A stretch of 64,000 nt of DNA from Eledone cirrhosa (lineage: Eukaryota): positions 250,356,001 through 250,420,000 of the forward strand of contig OZ024740.1 in the NCBI GenBank assembly GCA_964016885.1, given 5' to 3'. The translations under genes were made by a program, and so were the position numbers. The number at the start of each line of letters is the position of its first letter. Position 1 is the first letter of the stretch. Below, piece after piece: positions 24,895 through 36,804 of this stretch. The notes beneath the pieces were generated by a model that was given only the letters and a program-made list of their open reading frames with translations, made no database searches and had not been told where the DNA came from.

Positions 24895-26715
24895 GTCAAA
24901 TACCAAGATAACATTGAGTTCAAGACAAGGGGCAGGCAATTTGGCACAATCTTGGTGCTGTTTAAGTCTGAAGCCCTTGCTCTGAAATGCTTAGTGGCCC
25001 CTAACATGGGCAGAAGGACAGTCAGGACCGCAGTCCAGAGATCACACCAGGACTGGACATGTGGTGGAACTGGGATGTGTGATATAGGAGGGTATGGATG
25101 CGTCACCCATTGAAGTTACAAAAACAACTGGTCTGTGGTTGATTTGGAGATTCTTCTCCAAATCAAACCAGAAGGCAGATCGCATCCACCTACAGGATGG
25201 GATGGCCATACAAGTGGTCACTGAGGGCAAAAGGCCGCACTGTTTCCTCTGCAGCAAAACCACACATTTGAAAGCCCCCAGCTCAAAAACACAGGGTGCT
25301 GCAAACTTTCATTGATGCCAATACCGGGGCGTGGACAACCAACCCAGCACCAACAGCACCGCCAGCACCATCAGTGCCAGCACTGACAGAACATCAGCAT
25401 CAAAATCAACCCAGGGGGAAAATGAGGAAAGCTCTCCCACTTCTCCCAAGGCAAATATACACATAAACACAGACAAATACTCACACACATGTAAACACAC
25501 TCCAACTCCCCCCTGACAAAGAGTCCCCAGACACTAATCACTCTTCATCTCCAAGTGAAGATGAGGTAGAACCCTCCCAAGAAAAAACAAAAAACGAACA
25601 AAAACAAAAATTCATTTTCACACACACCTACAATCACACAGAACATACAGCAAACACAGACACACCTACAACAAAACCAACACCACAACCATCAATAAAA
25701 ACACCCCCCCCCCCCACCAATAACAACACAGACAGAACTGCAACTCATGTTCCACAGAAGGAAACATACTCAGGCACTAACAACAACAGAAACACCCAAC
25801 TTCATGTTACTAAGAAGGGCAAACAAAAAACTTATGGCCCTTGTAACATGAAGTCAAGATATTGAGAATGTGGGGGAGATTTTAGGCACCTTCAAAGTAC
25901 CCCAAACATTGCTGATGCCAGTAAACACGTATAAAAACATTAAAGAGAGCTTCCCCAACAACATATGAAAGCCTCAAGTTGGCTTTTAAGGGGTTTCCCA
26001 AAGGAAACCTCACAAATCATGGAGGTTGAGCCACTTGACCTCTACAAACCCCAGGGAAGTAAGTAGACCTTTCCTCTCTCTTTTAGCCTACCAACATAGC
26101 CACCGTAAGAGTGGGATGTTTAAATGTTTGTAGCCTGGGGTCGTCCTGGAATTAGGGTCACTTGCTGAATGACCTCAGGTCACTAGATATGGATGCAGCT
26201 ACTGTCAGTGAGACCAGGATTTCCAACATGCATGCACTAGCCCTCATTTGATAGGGGAAGTGCAAACTTGTGTAATCCCGACCAGGTTCATATACGACAA
26301 CTCCCAGTTCATGCGATACATCATAAGTGTAAACTTGGCTTCAGTAGGGCTCTGATCAATTTAGTCCAATTGAAAGTTTTCGATAGGATTGACAATCGAT
26401 ACCTGGAGGCTGTCTTCAAGGCAACTGGATTCAGTCCCTTCTTCAGGGGCTGGATCGCTGCAATGTACAGCTTCGTCTGCTTGGTGGTCAAAGTTAATGA
26501 CTATCTTTCAAAATAGTTTCAGATCTCTCGATCAGTCCGTTAAGAGAACCCTCTCCTCCCTTCTGTATGTATTGACTCTCAAACCTTTACTGCAGAAGCT
26601 GGAGCTGTTACAGGGCATCCCGCTCGAACTGAGACATGGACAGGCTGTGTCAGCATATGAAGAGGACATCACAGTAATGGTGTCGAACACCTCAGAAATC
26701 AAGGTGGTCAGCACA
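24895..26715 (+). mobile_element. Decayed F2-like Tx1 fragment (ORF1, start of ORF2, deletion into RT)
   Basis: EGKRPHCFLCSKTTHL knuckle; junction at 26057-26100 like 38019-38063; RT piece like 39700-40170. Confidence 0.75.
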
Positions 26716-29129
26716 TAAGGCAAGCACATAAGCCAGATTGACTTCCTGCTAGTTAGACAGCGAGACAGACAGATGGTGTCAAATACTAAGGTATACCCCG
26801 GGGAAGAATGTACCTCACGACATAGGTTAGTCGTTGGTGACATCTCAGTAAGCAAGAGAAAGAATGAGACATACAGGAAGGTGTGGAAAAGAAAGGTCTG
26901 GAAGCTAAAAGACCTTTCATTAAAATATAAATTTAGCAAAGCCCTTCAAGATGTGTATGACGAAAAAGAAGACGATTTAGAGGTGTATGACATAGATGGT
27001 AACTGGAATTTCTTGCGGCTACTGAAGAAACTTGTGGTTGGGGCAGAGGTTCAACCAGACAGAGAGTGACCTGGTAGTGGAACAGCACGGTAGATGCCAT
27101 TAGAGACAAAAGACTGGCACGGAAGGCTTGGAAAAATGGTGGGAGTAGAGAAGGATACACAGCTGCTAAGAGAGAAGCTAGACGTCAGGTGTACGTAGCA
27201 TGCAGGGACGCTGAGAGTAGGAGGTTTGCCAGTGTTCTTTAACGGGAAGATCAGACACATGCGGTGTTCCGCATTGCAAGGCAGTGTGTCAGTGCAAATC
27301 AGGATGTTGTTGGAGATAAGTGTGTCCGGAATGATGCCGGTGTACTTAGTGTCACGAATGATAAAAAAAAGGAGGCCTGGAAATGTCACTATGAGAGACT
27401 GATGAAAGTGGAGAACGAAGGGGACAGACAGAAATTACCCCCAGTAGACCCGACAGAGGGACGAGCTATGGAGATTGACGAATATAGGGTACAAGAGGCA
27501 ATTAAGGAAATGAAGAATGGTAAGGCTGCTGGACTGTCGGGGATAGTTGCTGAGATGCTGAAGGCATCAGGAGAAATAGGTACTAAACTAGTTGCACACA
27601 TCATTAATCGAGCTATATATGGTGGTGTCATACCCAAACACTGGTGCAACAGTATTCTCATAAATTGCTACAGAGGTAAAGGGGATACTCTAGAGTGGAG
27701 CAATTATAGGGGCATAAAGCTGATGGATCAGGTATGAAAGTGGCAGAGAGAATATTAACGCAACTGATTAGAGAAAGGGTCAAATTAGATGAGATACAGT
27801 TAGGTTTTGTGCCTCAGAAAAGTACAACAGATGCCCTCTTCTTAGTGAGGTAACTACAAGAGAGGTTCTTAGAGAAGAATAAGCCACTATACTTAGCACT
27901 TAGCTTTCATTGACCTAGAGAAGGCCTTTGATAGGGTACCCCAATCTGTTATCTGGTGGGCCCTAAGGAAACTAGGTATAGAGGAATGGCTTGTGAGGAC
28001 AGTGCAAGCTATGTACAGGGGTGCTGTCAGTAAAGTGAGAATAGGAATGGAGTTTAGTGAGGAATTCCAGATACAAGTAAGTGTACATCAGGGTTCGGTC
28101 CTCAGCCTGCTCTTGTTCATTATAGTCCTTCAAGCCATAACAGAGGAGTTTAAGACTGGCTGCCCATGGGAACTTCTCTATGCTGATGATCTGGTTCTTA
28201 TAGCAGAATCAGTAGAGGAGCTAGAGAATAAATTCTGGCTATGGAAACAGCTGTTGGAATCAAGAGGCCTGGGAGTGAACATAGCTAAAACAAAAGTGTT
28301 GATAAGTAGAAGAGGACAATACTCTGATTCCATTGGGGAAATGGCCATGTTCGATATGTAGGAAAGGAACTGGCATAAATTCCATAAAATGTACGCAATG
28401 CAGATCTTGGGTTCACAAGAGATGTAGTGGGATAGCAGGCAAACTAACAGGTAGGGAAAAATATATATTCAGTAGATGTACAGGGAAAGTTGGCAGTAGT
28501 AATCTCAGTGATAGACACATTTTTCCAATGCAGGTGGGTTCTATAGAAATGGTTGATAGCTTCCGGTACCTAGGTAATCAGATTAGCATGGGAGAGGGTG
28601 TTCCGAGACCATAGCATCTAGAATAAGGACGGTTTGGAAGAAGTTTAGGGAGCTGCTTCCTCTGTTGACAAAGAAGGGCTTCTCCCTGCATACGAAAGGA
28701 CGGTTATATGATGCCTGTGTGAGATGCGCGATGCTGCATAGTAGTGAGAAATGAAGCAAGTATGCTCCGTTAGATGTGCAATGTCAATGTGCGTGAATGA
28801 CCAAGCATAGACGAGTTGAGAAAGAAACTGGGTATAAGAGGGATAAGTTGTGGTGTGCAGGAGAGAAGGCTGAGATAGTATGGACATGTGATGCGCATGG
28901 AGGATGACCGCTGGGTAAAGAAGTCCCAAGAAATCCCAGTAGAAGGAAGATGCAGTAGAGGTAGGCAACGAAAAACATGGGCGGAGGTGGTTAGAGCAGA
29001 CCTCAGATTGCTGATAACCACGGAGGAGATGACGAAGGACCGTGACATGTGGAGAGATGCTGTGCTGAATAGGACTGGTCCCACCCTTGCAAGCTGGGAA
29101 AAGTGGACGTAAAATGGTGATGATAATGA

Positions 29130-29133
<4 letters not shown>
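26716..29133 (+). mobile_element. 5'-truncated RTE-clade LINE, decayed
   Basis: SQIDFLL..GEEC..HRLVV endonuclease end, GKAAG, NYRGIKL, FIDLEKAFD, HQGSVLS, LLYADDL, GRQRKTW; ends in a GAT-rich tail. Confidence 0.85.

Positions 29134-29196
<63 letters not shown>
29132..29196. repeat. (AT)n microsatellite
   Basis: About 30 AT units. Confidence 0.95.
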
Positions 29197-31265
29197 GTGA
29201 GCCGGGGAGCGGTGGCGCTGCTGAGAAAAGACCTGAACAAGGGGGATGTTATTGATAACTTCAGGCCCATAACCCTGCTAAACGCAGAGTTCAAGATTTT
29301 GGCCAAGGTGTTAGCAACGAGGTTGGCGCTTGTCGTCAAGGGTCTGGTGGGAGAGGCACAGACATGCGCCATTCCGGGCAGATCCATACATGACAACCTC
29401 CACCTCATGCGATACATCATAGAGAGGGTGGTTAAGGAACCTGGCACGGGTGGGTCCTGATCAACTTGGATCAATCCAAAGCATTCGATAGGGTCGACCA
29501 TCGGTACCTGGCGGCGGTCCTCGAGGCAGCCGGTTTTGGGCCCGTTTTCAAGGGTTGGATCGCTGCGATGTACAGCGACATCTGCTCAGTTGTGAGGGTG
29601 AATGGTCACCTGTCGCAGCCGTTCAGCATCATGTGCTCGGTCCGCCAGGGTTGTCCCCTCTCGTCCCTCTTGTACGTATTGGCTCTCGAGCCGTTACTGC
29701 ACAAACTGGGGGCGATGAGGGGCGTCCCACGTGAACTAGGATGCAGGAAATCCGAGTCGGCATACGCCGACATCACCATGGTGGTGTCGAGCACCAGACA
29801 CGTCCAGATGCTCGGCACCGCTCTCAAGAAATACGAAGTGGTGACAGGAGCAAAGATAAACCAGGAAAAGTCGGTAGGCTTGCATCTCAGCACCTGGAGA
29901 GGCAAGTCCATGCCGTCTGCCAGCGTCGTGGGGTGTTGGACGGACCGATTAAATTGCTGGGGGTCTGGTTCAGACCGGACCTCCAGATGGAGAAATATTG
30001 GAGCGAGGTGACGAGCAAGGTGGCCTTCCTCACCCAGAAATGGGCCAAGAGGAAGCTGTCCCTGAAAGGCCGGGCGGATGTGGCGAATGCGTACATCACA
30101 TCCGTCATCTTCTACCGCCTCACCATCGTCCCTTGCCACGGCCCAACTCTCACCTTGTGGAAGGGACGCACTCCCATGGTCAGACGATCCATCTGCTGTC
30201 AACACCCATTGCGTGGAGAACTGGGCATACCACAGGTTTTCCCACAGCTCGTCTCCTTGATGGAGCTGCAGTCCTGGGTCAGGAAAAAACCGAGTGATAC
30301 GCTTCAAAACTGGAATGTCTCCAGGCGCTCACTGCCCTCTGCCATTTGGGCACCAGTATCGGTGGAACATCCACCTCGGCATTCTATAGAGGACTAGTGG
30401 AGGGGAAGAGCGACAAATTCTCGGAGAGATACTGGGCGTCGAAGAAGATCAGCTGTTTGCTCTCTTCCGGAGAACTTTCAAAAATCCCTGGCCTGGCAGT
30501 GCTACCGGGGAGCGTTGCCGGTTCGAGATAAGCTCTACAGGCACAGAAGTGCCGTCAGCGAGCCTGACCGAGATGCCGTGATTCCACGAAACCGTCGTGT
30601 ATGCACTCGTACAGTGCCCGAGCATTTCTGACTTGTGGAGCTATGTGTAGGGCTGATCTGATTATAGACTGAGTCCATTGTGCAGATGGTCTCGCCGTCT
30701 TCCTTCAAGGAGGAAGGGTAGGCGGTTTTCATCTGCCTGGTGGCCATGGCGAAAGAGATTGTGTTGTGGACACGGTTGAAAGGGTTAAAGACAGATACTT
30801 TCCTCTTCGGCGAATCCCTAAATAACTTTTTCAAGTTTCACTTGAAGAGGAAAATCAGGGTCGAGAGGCAAGTGCTGCCTTCTAGCAAGTTTGTTGAAAG
30901 GTGGGTGAATGTAGCGAGAATGGTCCGAGTGAACGGGACCACTCTGAATATACGTCTGTAGTTTGAGAGATGGAAAATTTGAGAGAGGGCGCTTGCCCTG
31001 GTAGTCAGGGTGGCCGTTGTTTTTGTGTGGTTTTCGCCCCGAGTAACCCTCGGAGGTTTCCCCCCTATTGTGGAATTTTTCATTGTTTGAATTTTCATTT
31101 TTATTGTTTATATATATATATGTTTCTATGTCCTTTTTTTTTCTTTTCTTATATAAATAATAAAAATCTTTCCACGTCTAAAACCTACATCTTACCGTCC
31201 TGTGCCGTCTCTAATATTTTTCTTGATATCAACCCTTCTGACCAATAAAGAAATCATTATTATTA
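29197..31265 (+). mobile_element. 5'-truncated Tx1-like F3 copy
   Basis: RT matches 45620-46095; 3' UTR matches 46105-46427; ATT tail. Confidence 0.88.
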
Positions 31266-31475
31266 TGCAGTGGTTTGACAGTATCGGTAGAGGGTCGGAC
31301 GCCATGCTTAGCAGCAAAGTGTTACGACCCTTTATCATCTGAGTTAAAATCCCGCCGAGGTTAACTTTGCCTTTCATCCTTATGCGGTTGATAAAATAAA
31401 GTACCAGTAATGCACTGGGTAATAGCGGGCCTTGTGCCAAAAGTAGAAACAATTATTATTATTATCATTATTATT
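31266..31475 (+). mobile_element. SINE
   Basis: A box, degenerate B box, core, ATT tail. Confidence 0.85.
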
Positions 31476-34400
31476 GTTCTTTGAATCTCAGTCATTGATG
31501 TTAGTTAACTGGAAGGTTTGTTGAAATGAATATCAAGCCACTACCTGCAGCCTCAGATATTCAGGACGTATCGGAGGGTTGTTGCTGTTCCCTGCAAGCA
31601 TGCCTTTTGAAGTGTTCCAAAAAGCTGAGCGGGGCCAATTTTCTTTAACCATCCTTGGAAACTCTTTGCGATAGTACCTAGTGTGCCTATGACAATCGGG
31701 ACCACTTTGACCTCATGGCAGTTCCAAATCCTTTTTAACTCCCACTTTAAGTCCTGGTATCGGTTAATTTTCTCCCTCTCCTTTTCTTGCACTCTCGTGT
31801 CAAATGGGCGGGCTACATCTACAATCAGACACAATCTTTTTTCCTTGTCCAAAACCCCCAGGTCAGGCCTATTGTGTTCTAGTTTCTTGTCCGTCTGTAT
31901 CCTAAAATCCCACAGCACCTTCACCTGATCGTTTTCTATCACCGACTCTGTTTATGCTCATACCACTTCTCACAATATGGTAAATTGTTTACTTTGCAAA
32001 GATGCCAGTGGATCATCCTGCCTATCACATCATGTCTCCAGCCTTTATAGTGAGTCTGGGCTAGGTGTTTACACTCGGGTACAATGTGATCCACAGTCTC
32101 CTCTCTCTCTCCACAGATCCTACACAGTGAGCTAGCCTCCTCCTTGTAAATATGGTGTTCCACCAACTTCGTTCTGAGGGCTTGCTCTTGTGCAGCCATT
32201 AGCATTCCTTCTGTAGCTTGTTTAAGGTCTCTTCTTTTTAACCAGTTCCATGTCTGTGGATCTCTAAATTCAGTTTTTTTAAAGAAGGTGCTATGATGGG
32301 ATTTTCCATGAAGGCTGCCCTTCTTCCTTGTTATTTCCTCCTTGGATATCCCCTGGTCTATTGTCTTCACCTTCAGTACAATTTTGAGCATTGGTTCCCT
32401 GCTGTCAGTCACATATTTGTGCAGGTTATTTTTCTCCATCTGACCACAGTCAGTCCTCTATGCTAATGAGACATTTTCCACCTTCAGATCTCTTTAAGTA
32501 GAGTCAATCGACATCACTCCTCTTGTGGAACATGTTGTAGATAATCAATAGCTTCCTAGTCTTCCTATCCATTTCTTTTTGTTCAGCAACATTCCATTTC
32601 AGAATTCCCGCACTGTAGCTCGGGTATTCACTGCACTTATGACATTCCTACTATTTAGACGTGATTTTAATACGCTCCTTACTCTCCTAATGTACTCAGA
32701 TCTTATCAATTCCTTCATTTTTTTGTTCTTGATGTCATCTGCCTCCAGAACACCTAAATATTTGTATCCTTCTTCAGTGTCAATTTCCTTTATCATCTCA
32801 CCTGTTGGTACCTGGATTCCGTTGCTTCTGCTCAATTTACCCCCTTTTCATCACAATGACTCCACACTTATTAATACCAAATTGCATACATATATCATTG
32901 CTGAAAATACGGACAGTGTCAACAAGTACATCCAACTCCTTCTCACTCTTCCCAAAGAGTGTAAGATCGTCCATGAATAGGAGGTGGTTGATGGTAAGCT
33001 CTCCTTTTCCCAACTTGTATCCTGCTCTCACTTTTTGCAATAAAATGGTCAGGGGTATCGGGGCAAGGACAAACAGCAGAGGGGACAAACTATCTCCCTG
33101 GAAGATACCTCTCTTGATCTCCATGCCTCCCAAGGATTCTCCACCCGATGTTAACTCTGTTTCCTAGGACTTCATACTTTTTCTCAACAATTGTCTGATG
33201 TTATCTGCCACCTTGAAGATCTCTAGGCTTTTGGTTATCCAGGAATGATGTACCATGTTGAATGCCTTTTTGTAATCTATCCATCCCATGGCGAGACCAG
33301 TGTGTCTCCTCTTGCAATTCCTCATTACCATCTTATCAATAAGTAACTGGTCCTTTGTACCACGGGACTTCTTTCGGCATCCTTTCTGTTCGTCCGGTAA
33401 CAAGTTGTTTATGTGGAGGTGATGGTAGATTTCCTCAGACACAATGCTTGTTAATAGTTTCCCCTTTACGGACAGACATGTGACAGGTCTATAGTTGGAA
33501 ACATCATTACCCTTGATTCAGTCTTTCATTACCAGAACTGTGGTACCTTTTGTCAAGCACTCTGGTACCTCACTCGACATCAAGCAATCATTGAACATGG
33601 TTGTCAGTTTCGGGTGGAGGGATGTTATATTTTTAATCCAATACCCCTGCACACCATCTGGGCCTGGTGATTTCCAGTTGGTTAGTATTTTGGCCTGCTC
33701 TTTAAGAGTTTCAACTGTGATACTCAAATCAGTTAGTTGGTGTGCCTGTTCACTAATCTCCTTCTGTACTGTCTCAATCCACACTGCCTGATCATTATGT
33801 TCAACATCCTGCTCCCATATTCCTCTCCAGAATGTCTTAGTTTGTTCCGCCTCAGGGATCAAGTCATTGCCTCTTTCTTTCCCTTCAAGCTGCCCAAACA
33901 ACATCTTCTGGTTGTTGTCAAACATGCGGTTCTATCTATACTGACTGACTCTGCTCTCATACCGCCTAATCTTTGCACTCTTTGCTACAATGCGTTGCTT
34001 CAGTTCCTCTATGATAATATTTAGCTTTTTCCTCCTAGTTTTGTACTTTATTTCCAGTCTATTTTTAGTCTCTATGTTTTGTAGTGTCCCATTCAGTAAG
34101 GACTCAAGCTTTCTAATGTCTTTTCTCATTTCCTTGATTTGACCATTCAGTCGTTTCTTCCACCAAGGTTCTGATCTTTCTTGTTTGTTGTTTCCTCTCG
34201 TTTTTATGCCAAGTAATTTCTTCACCGCACTTGCTGTTGCTTTCAAGATATTGTTGCATTGGTGAAGGTTACTCGCCTCAAGGTATGGGATGACTTTGTT
34301 TTCCTCAGCGGTTGTTTCTTTAACTTTTTCCTGTCTACAAATCTTAGGTTCATAGGTTTTCCACTATCATTGTTGATTTAATCTACCACTAAGTTCAGGA

Positions 34401-35292
34401 TATCAACCAAATCTTGTCCTAGCTCGTCAGCATTCATTTCCTCAAAGGCTGTATCTTTTTTCCAGATGTTATTTATTTCAGCATTCAGATCATTGTCTGC
34501 TTCGGGTGCTTCCTCAGGTATCTCAACCTCTTCACCTTCATTTCACACTGGCTCGTTTGCCTGACATACTCCACTCTCCATTTCCAACTTAATCTCTCTG
34601 CTCAGTTCCTCCAGTTCCAACTCGCTTATCCATCCATTAGTTCTTATTATCCGAACCTGCCCGGCCAATTTTTGTTCATCTAATTTAAATAGACCAATCT
34701 CATTCCAGATGTTATGCATCCGTTTCCTATAGCCTTTTTCCATGGGGTTACTGTTCAGGTAACACTTCATGACAGTTCTATTCAATTCTTTCGTTCCTTC
34801 TTCTTCCTCCAACACCAGCAGTATTTAGATGACAGCACTTGCTGAGTGAGAGTCTGTCACATGACGTTCCAGTCTCCTCTTCACCGTTATTCGAACTGTT
34901 TAGGTTCGACATTTAAACACTCATATCGAGGATTGGTGAATGTATGGTTACATAACCACCGGTGATTTCATCACCCCCGGTGATTTTAGCGTGGCACTAT
35001 CACGCTGTAGACGAACATAGATAAATAAACAAATAAATAGATAAGAACTTAAAAAAATAAACATAAGCTTCATTGTAATGTTTGAATGTCTGACTTAGTT
35101 TTTCTGTTTGTTTTTTTTCCTTTTTGTTTTTCAAGGCCAGTACTGTTGTTGTTGCTGCTGCTGCTGTTTTTGATTTTAGCAACGAGGGAAGTAGGAGTTG
35201 TTGCATTCAAAACTTTTGAAATTTGTTTTTCTTTTGTTGTTGCGTTTGTTTTTGTCTGTGTTCTGTTCTGTAATTTTTCGACTTGTTGCTTA
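31476..35292 (-). mobile_element. Probably full-length R4/Dong-like element (family A) with a broken single ORF at about 34912-31553
   Basis: N-terminal KELNRTVMKCY..GYRKRMHNIW..EQKLAGQ motif, EPWWKKRL, RT and RLE fragments near-identical to 11362-13521; ATT tracts at both ends; 5' boundary uncertain (35020-35292). Confidence 0.87.
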
Positions 35293-35326
<34 letters not shown>

Positions 35327-35529
35327 GGGCAGTGGATTGGTAGTATTGAGACGCCATGCTTTGATGCATAGAGTTACGGCCCTTGCCATTCTGAGTTCAA
35401 ATCTCGCCGAGGTTAACTTTGCCTTTCATCCTTATGGGGTCGATAAAATAAAGTACCAGTAATGCACTGGGTAATTGCTGGCCTTGTGCCAAAAGTAGAA
35501 ACAATTATTATTTTTATTATTATTATTAC
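35327..35529 (+). mobile_element. SINE
   Basis: B box GAGTTCAAATC, core, ATT tail. Confidence 0.87.
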
Positions 35530-36679
35530 ACTTTTTGTGGCAGGGACGTGGAGGGCTGGGCATGCCGTGGCTGATGATGTGCAAACACGCGCTCAGGCTA
35601 CGACATCTCCACCTCTTCCTCGACGGTGATCAGGTGTGGTCGTCGTTTGCTAGACGCGTCTTTCCCCAGCTCATCTCCTTTACGGAGCTGCAGTCCTGGG
35701 TCAAGCGAAGACCGAGAGGGAGCGCTTGGAGACTGGAATGTCTTCAGGCGCTCACAGCCCTCGACCAATCGGGCAATGTGATCGGTGGAAACTCCACCTT
35801 GGCATTCTATAGAGGATTACTGGAGGGGAAGAGCGACGACGTACTTGGAGAAACTCTAGGCGTCGACGAAAATCTTTGGAAGAACTTTCGGGCCGGGGCC
35901 TATGGACAACTTCCAGAAATACCTGGCCTGGCAGTGCTACCGAGGAGCTTTGCCAGTTCGGGATAAACTCTACAGGCATGGAGGTGCCGTCAACCGGGCA
36001 TGTGCGAGATGCGCACAGGGCGACGAAACCGTCCTGCATACACTCGTCCAGTGTCCGAGCATTGCTGACTTGTGGGTTTATATCGAACGCCTGCTGTCAC
36101 ATGTAGAACGGATCCGACTATCAGCTGAGTCCACCGTGAGGATTGCCCCGCCCTCTTCCTTTAGCCGGGAAGAGCAGGCAGTTTTTATCTGTCTGGTGGC
36201 CATGGCGAAAGAGATAGTATGGTGGACGCTTCTGAAAGGGCTGAAGACGAGCACTTACCTCTTCGGTGATGTCCTAATTAACTTTTTCAAATTTCATTTG
36301 AAAAGGAAAATCAGGGTAGAGAGGGAGGTGCTCTCTTCCCAGTATTTTGTTGAAAGATGGGTGAGAGAAGCAAGTGGCTCGAGTGAATGGACCTACTCTG
36401 AGTATATGCCTGTAAATTGAAGGTGAAAAACTGGGAGAGGACATTTGCCCTGGTGGTCAGGGTCACTGTGGCTTTTAATGGGCTTTCTCTACGAATGTCC
36501 CACGGAAGTCTCCCCGTATTGGGGAATTTTTCTTTGTTATTTTTTTGTTACATTCTCTGTTTTTGTTTTTTACACGCAGAAATGCCCATTTGTACCGTCC
36601 TGTATTGTCCTGTACTGTCCTTAATGTCTACTTTATGTAAACCCTTGTGGTTAATAAAGAAAGCATTATTATTATTATT
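35530..36679 (+). mobile_element. 5'-truncated Tx1-like F1 copy
   Basis: ORFs 35535-35966 and 35902-36420 match the F1 ORF2 C-terminus; ATT tail. Confidence 0.9.
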
Positions 36680-36804
36680 CTGAGTTCAAATCCCGCCAAG
36701 GTTAACTTTGCCTTTCATCCTTACGGGGTCGGTAAAATAAAGTACCAGTAATGCACTGAGTATGTGCTGGCCTTGTGCCTAACGTAGAAACAATTATTAT
36801 TATT
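36680..36804 (+). mobile_element. 5'-truncated SINE
   Basis: Runs from the B box to the ATT tail. Confidence 0.85.

Noticed and set aside
34875-34945. HDV-like ribozyme (TTCACC..TCCTCG..GGTGAA on the minus strand)
   Set aside because: No convincing P1, P3 or P1.1 GG, and half of the pattern lies in coding sequence
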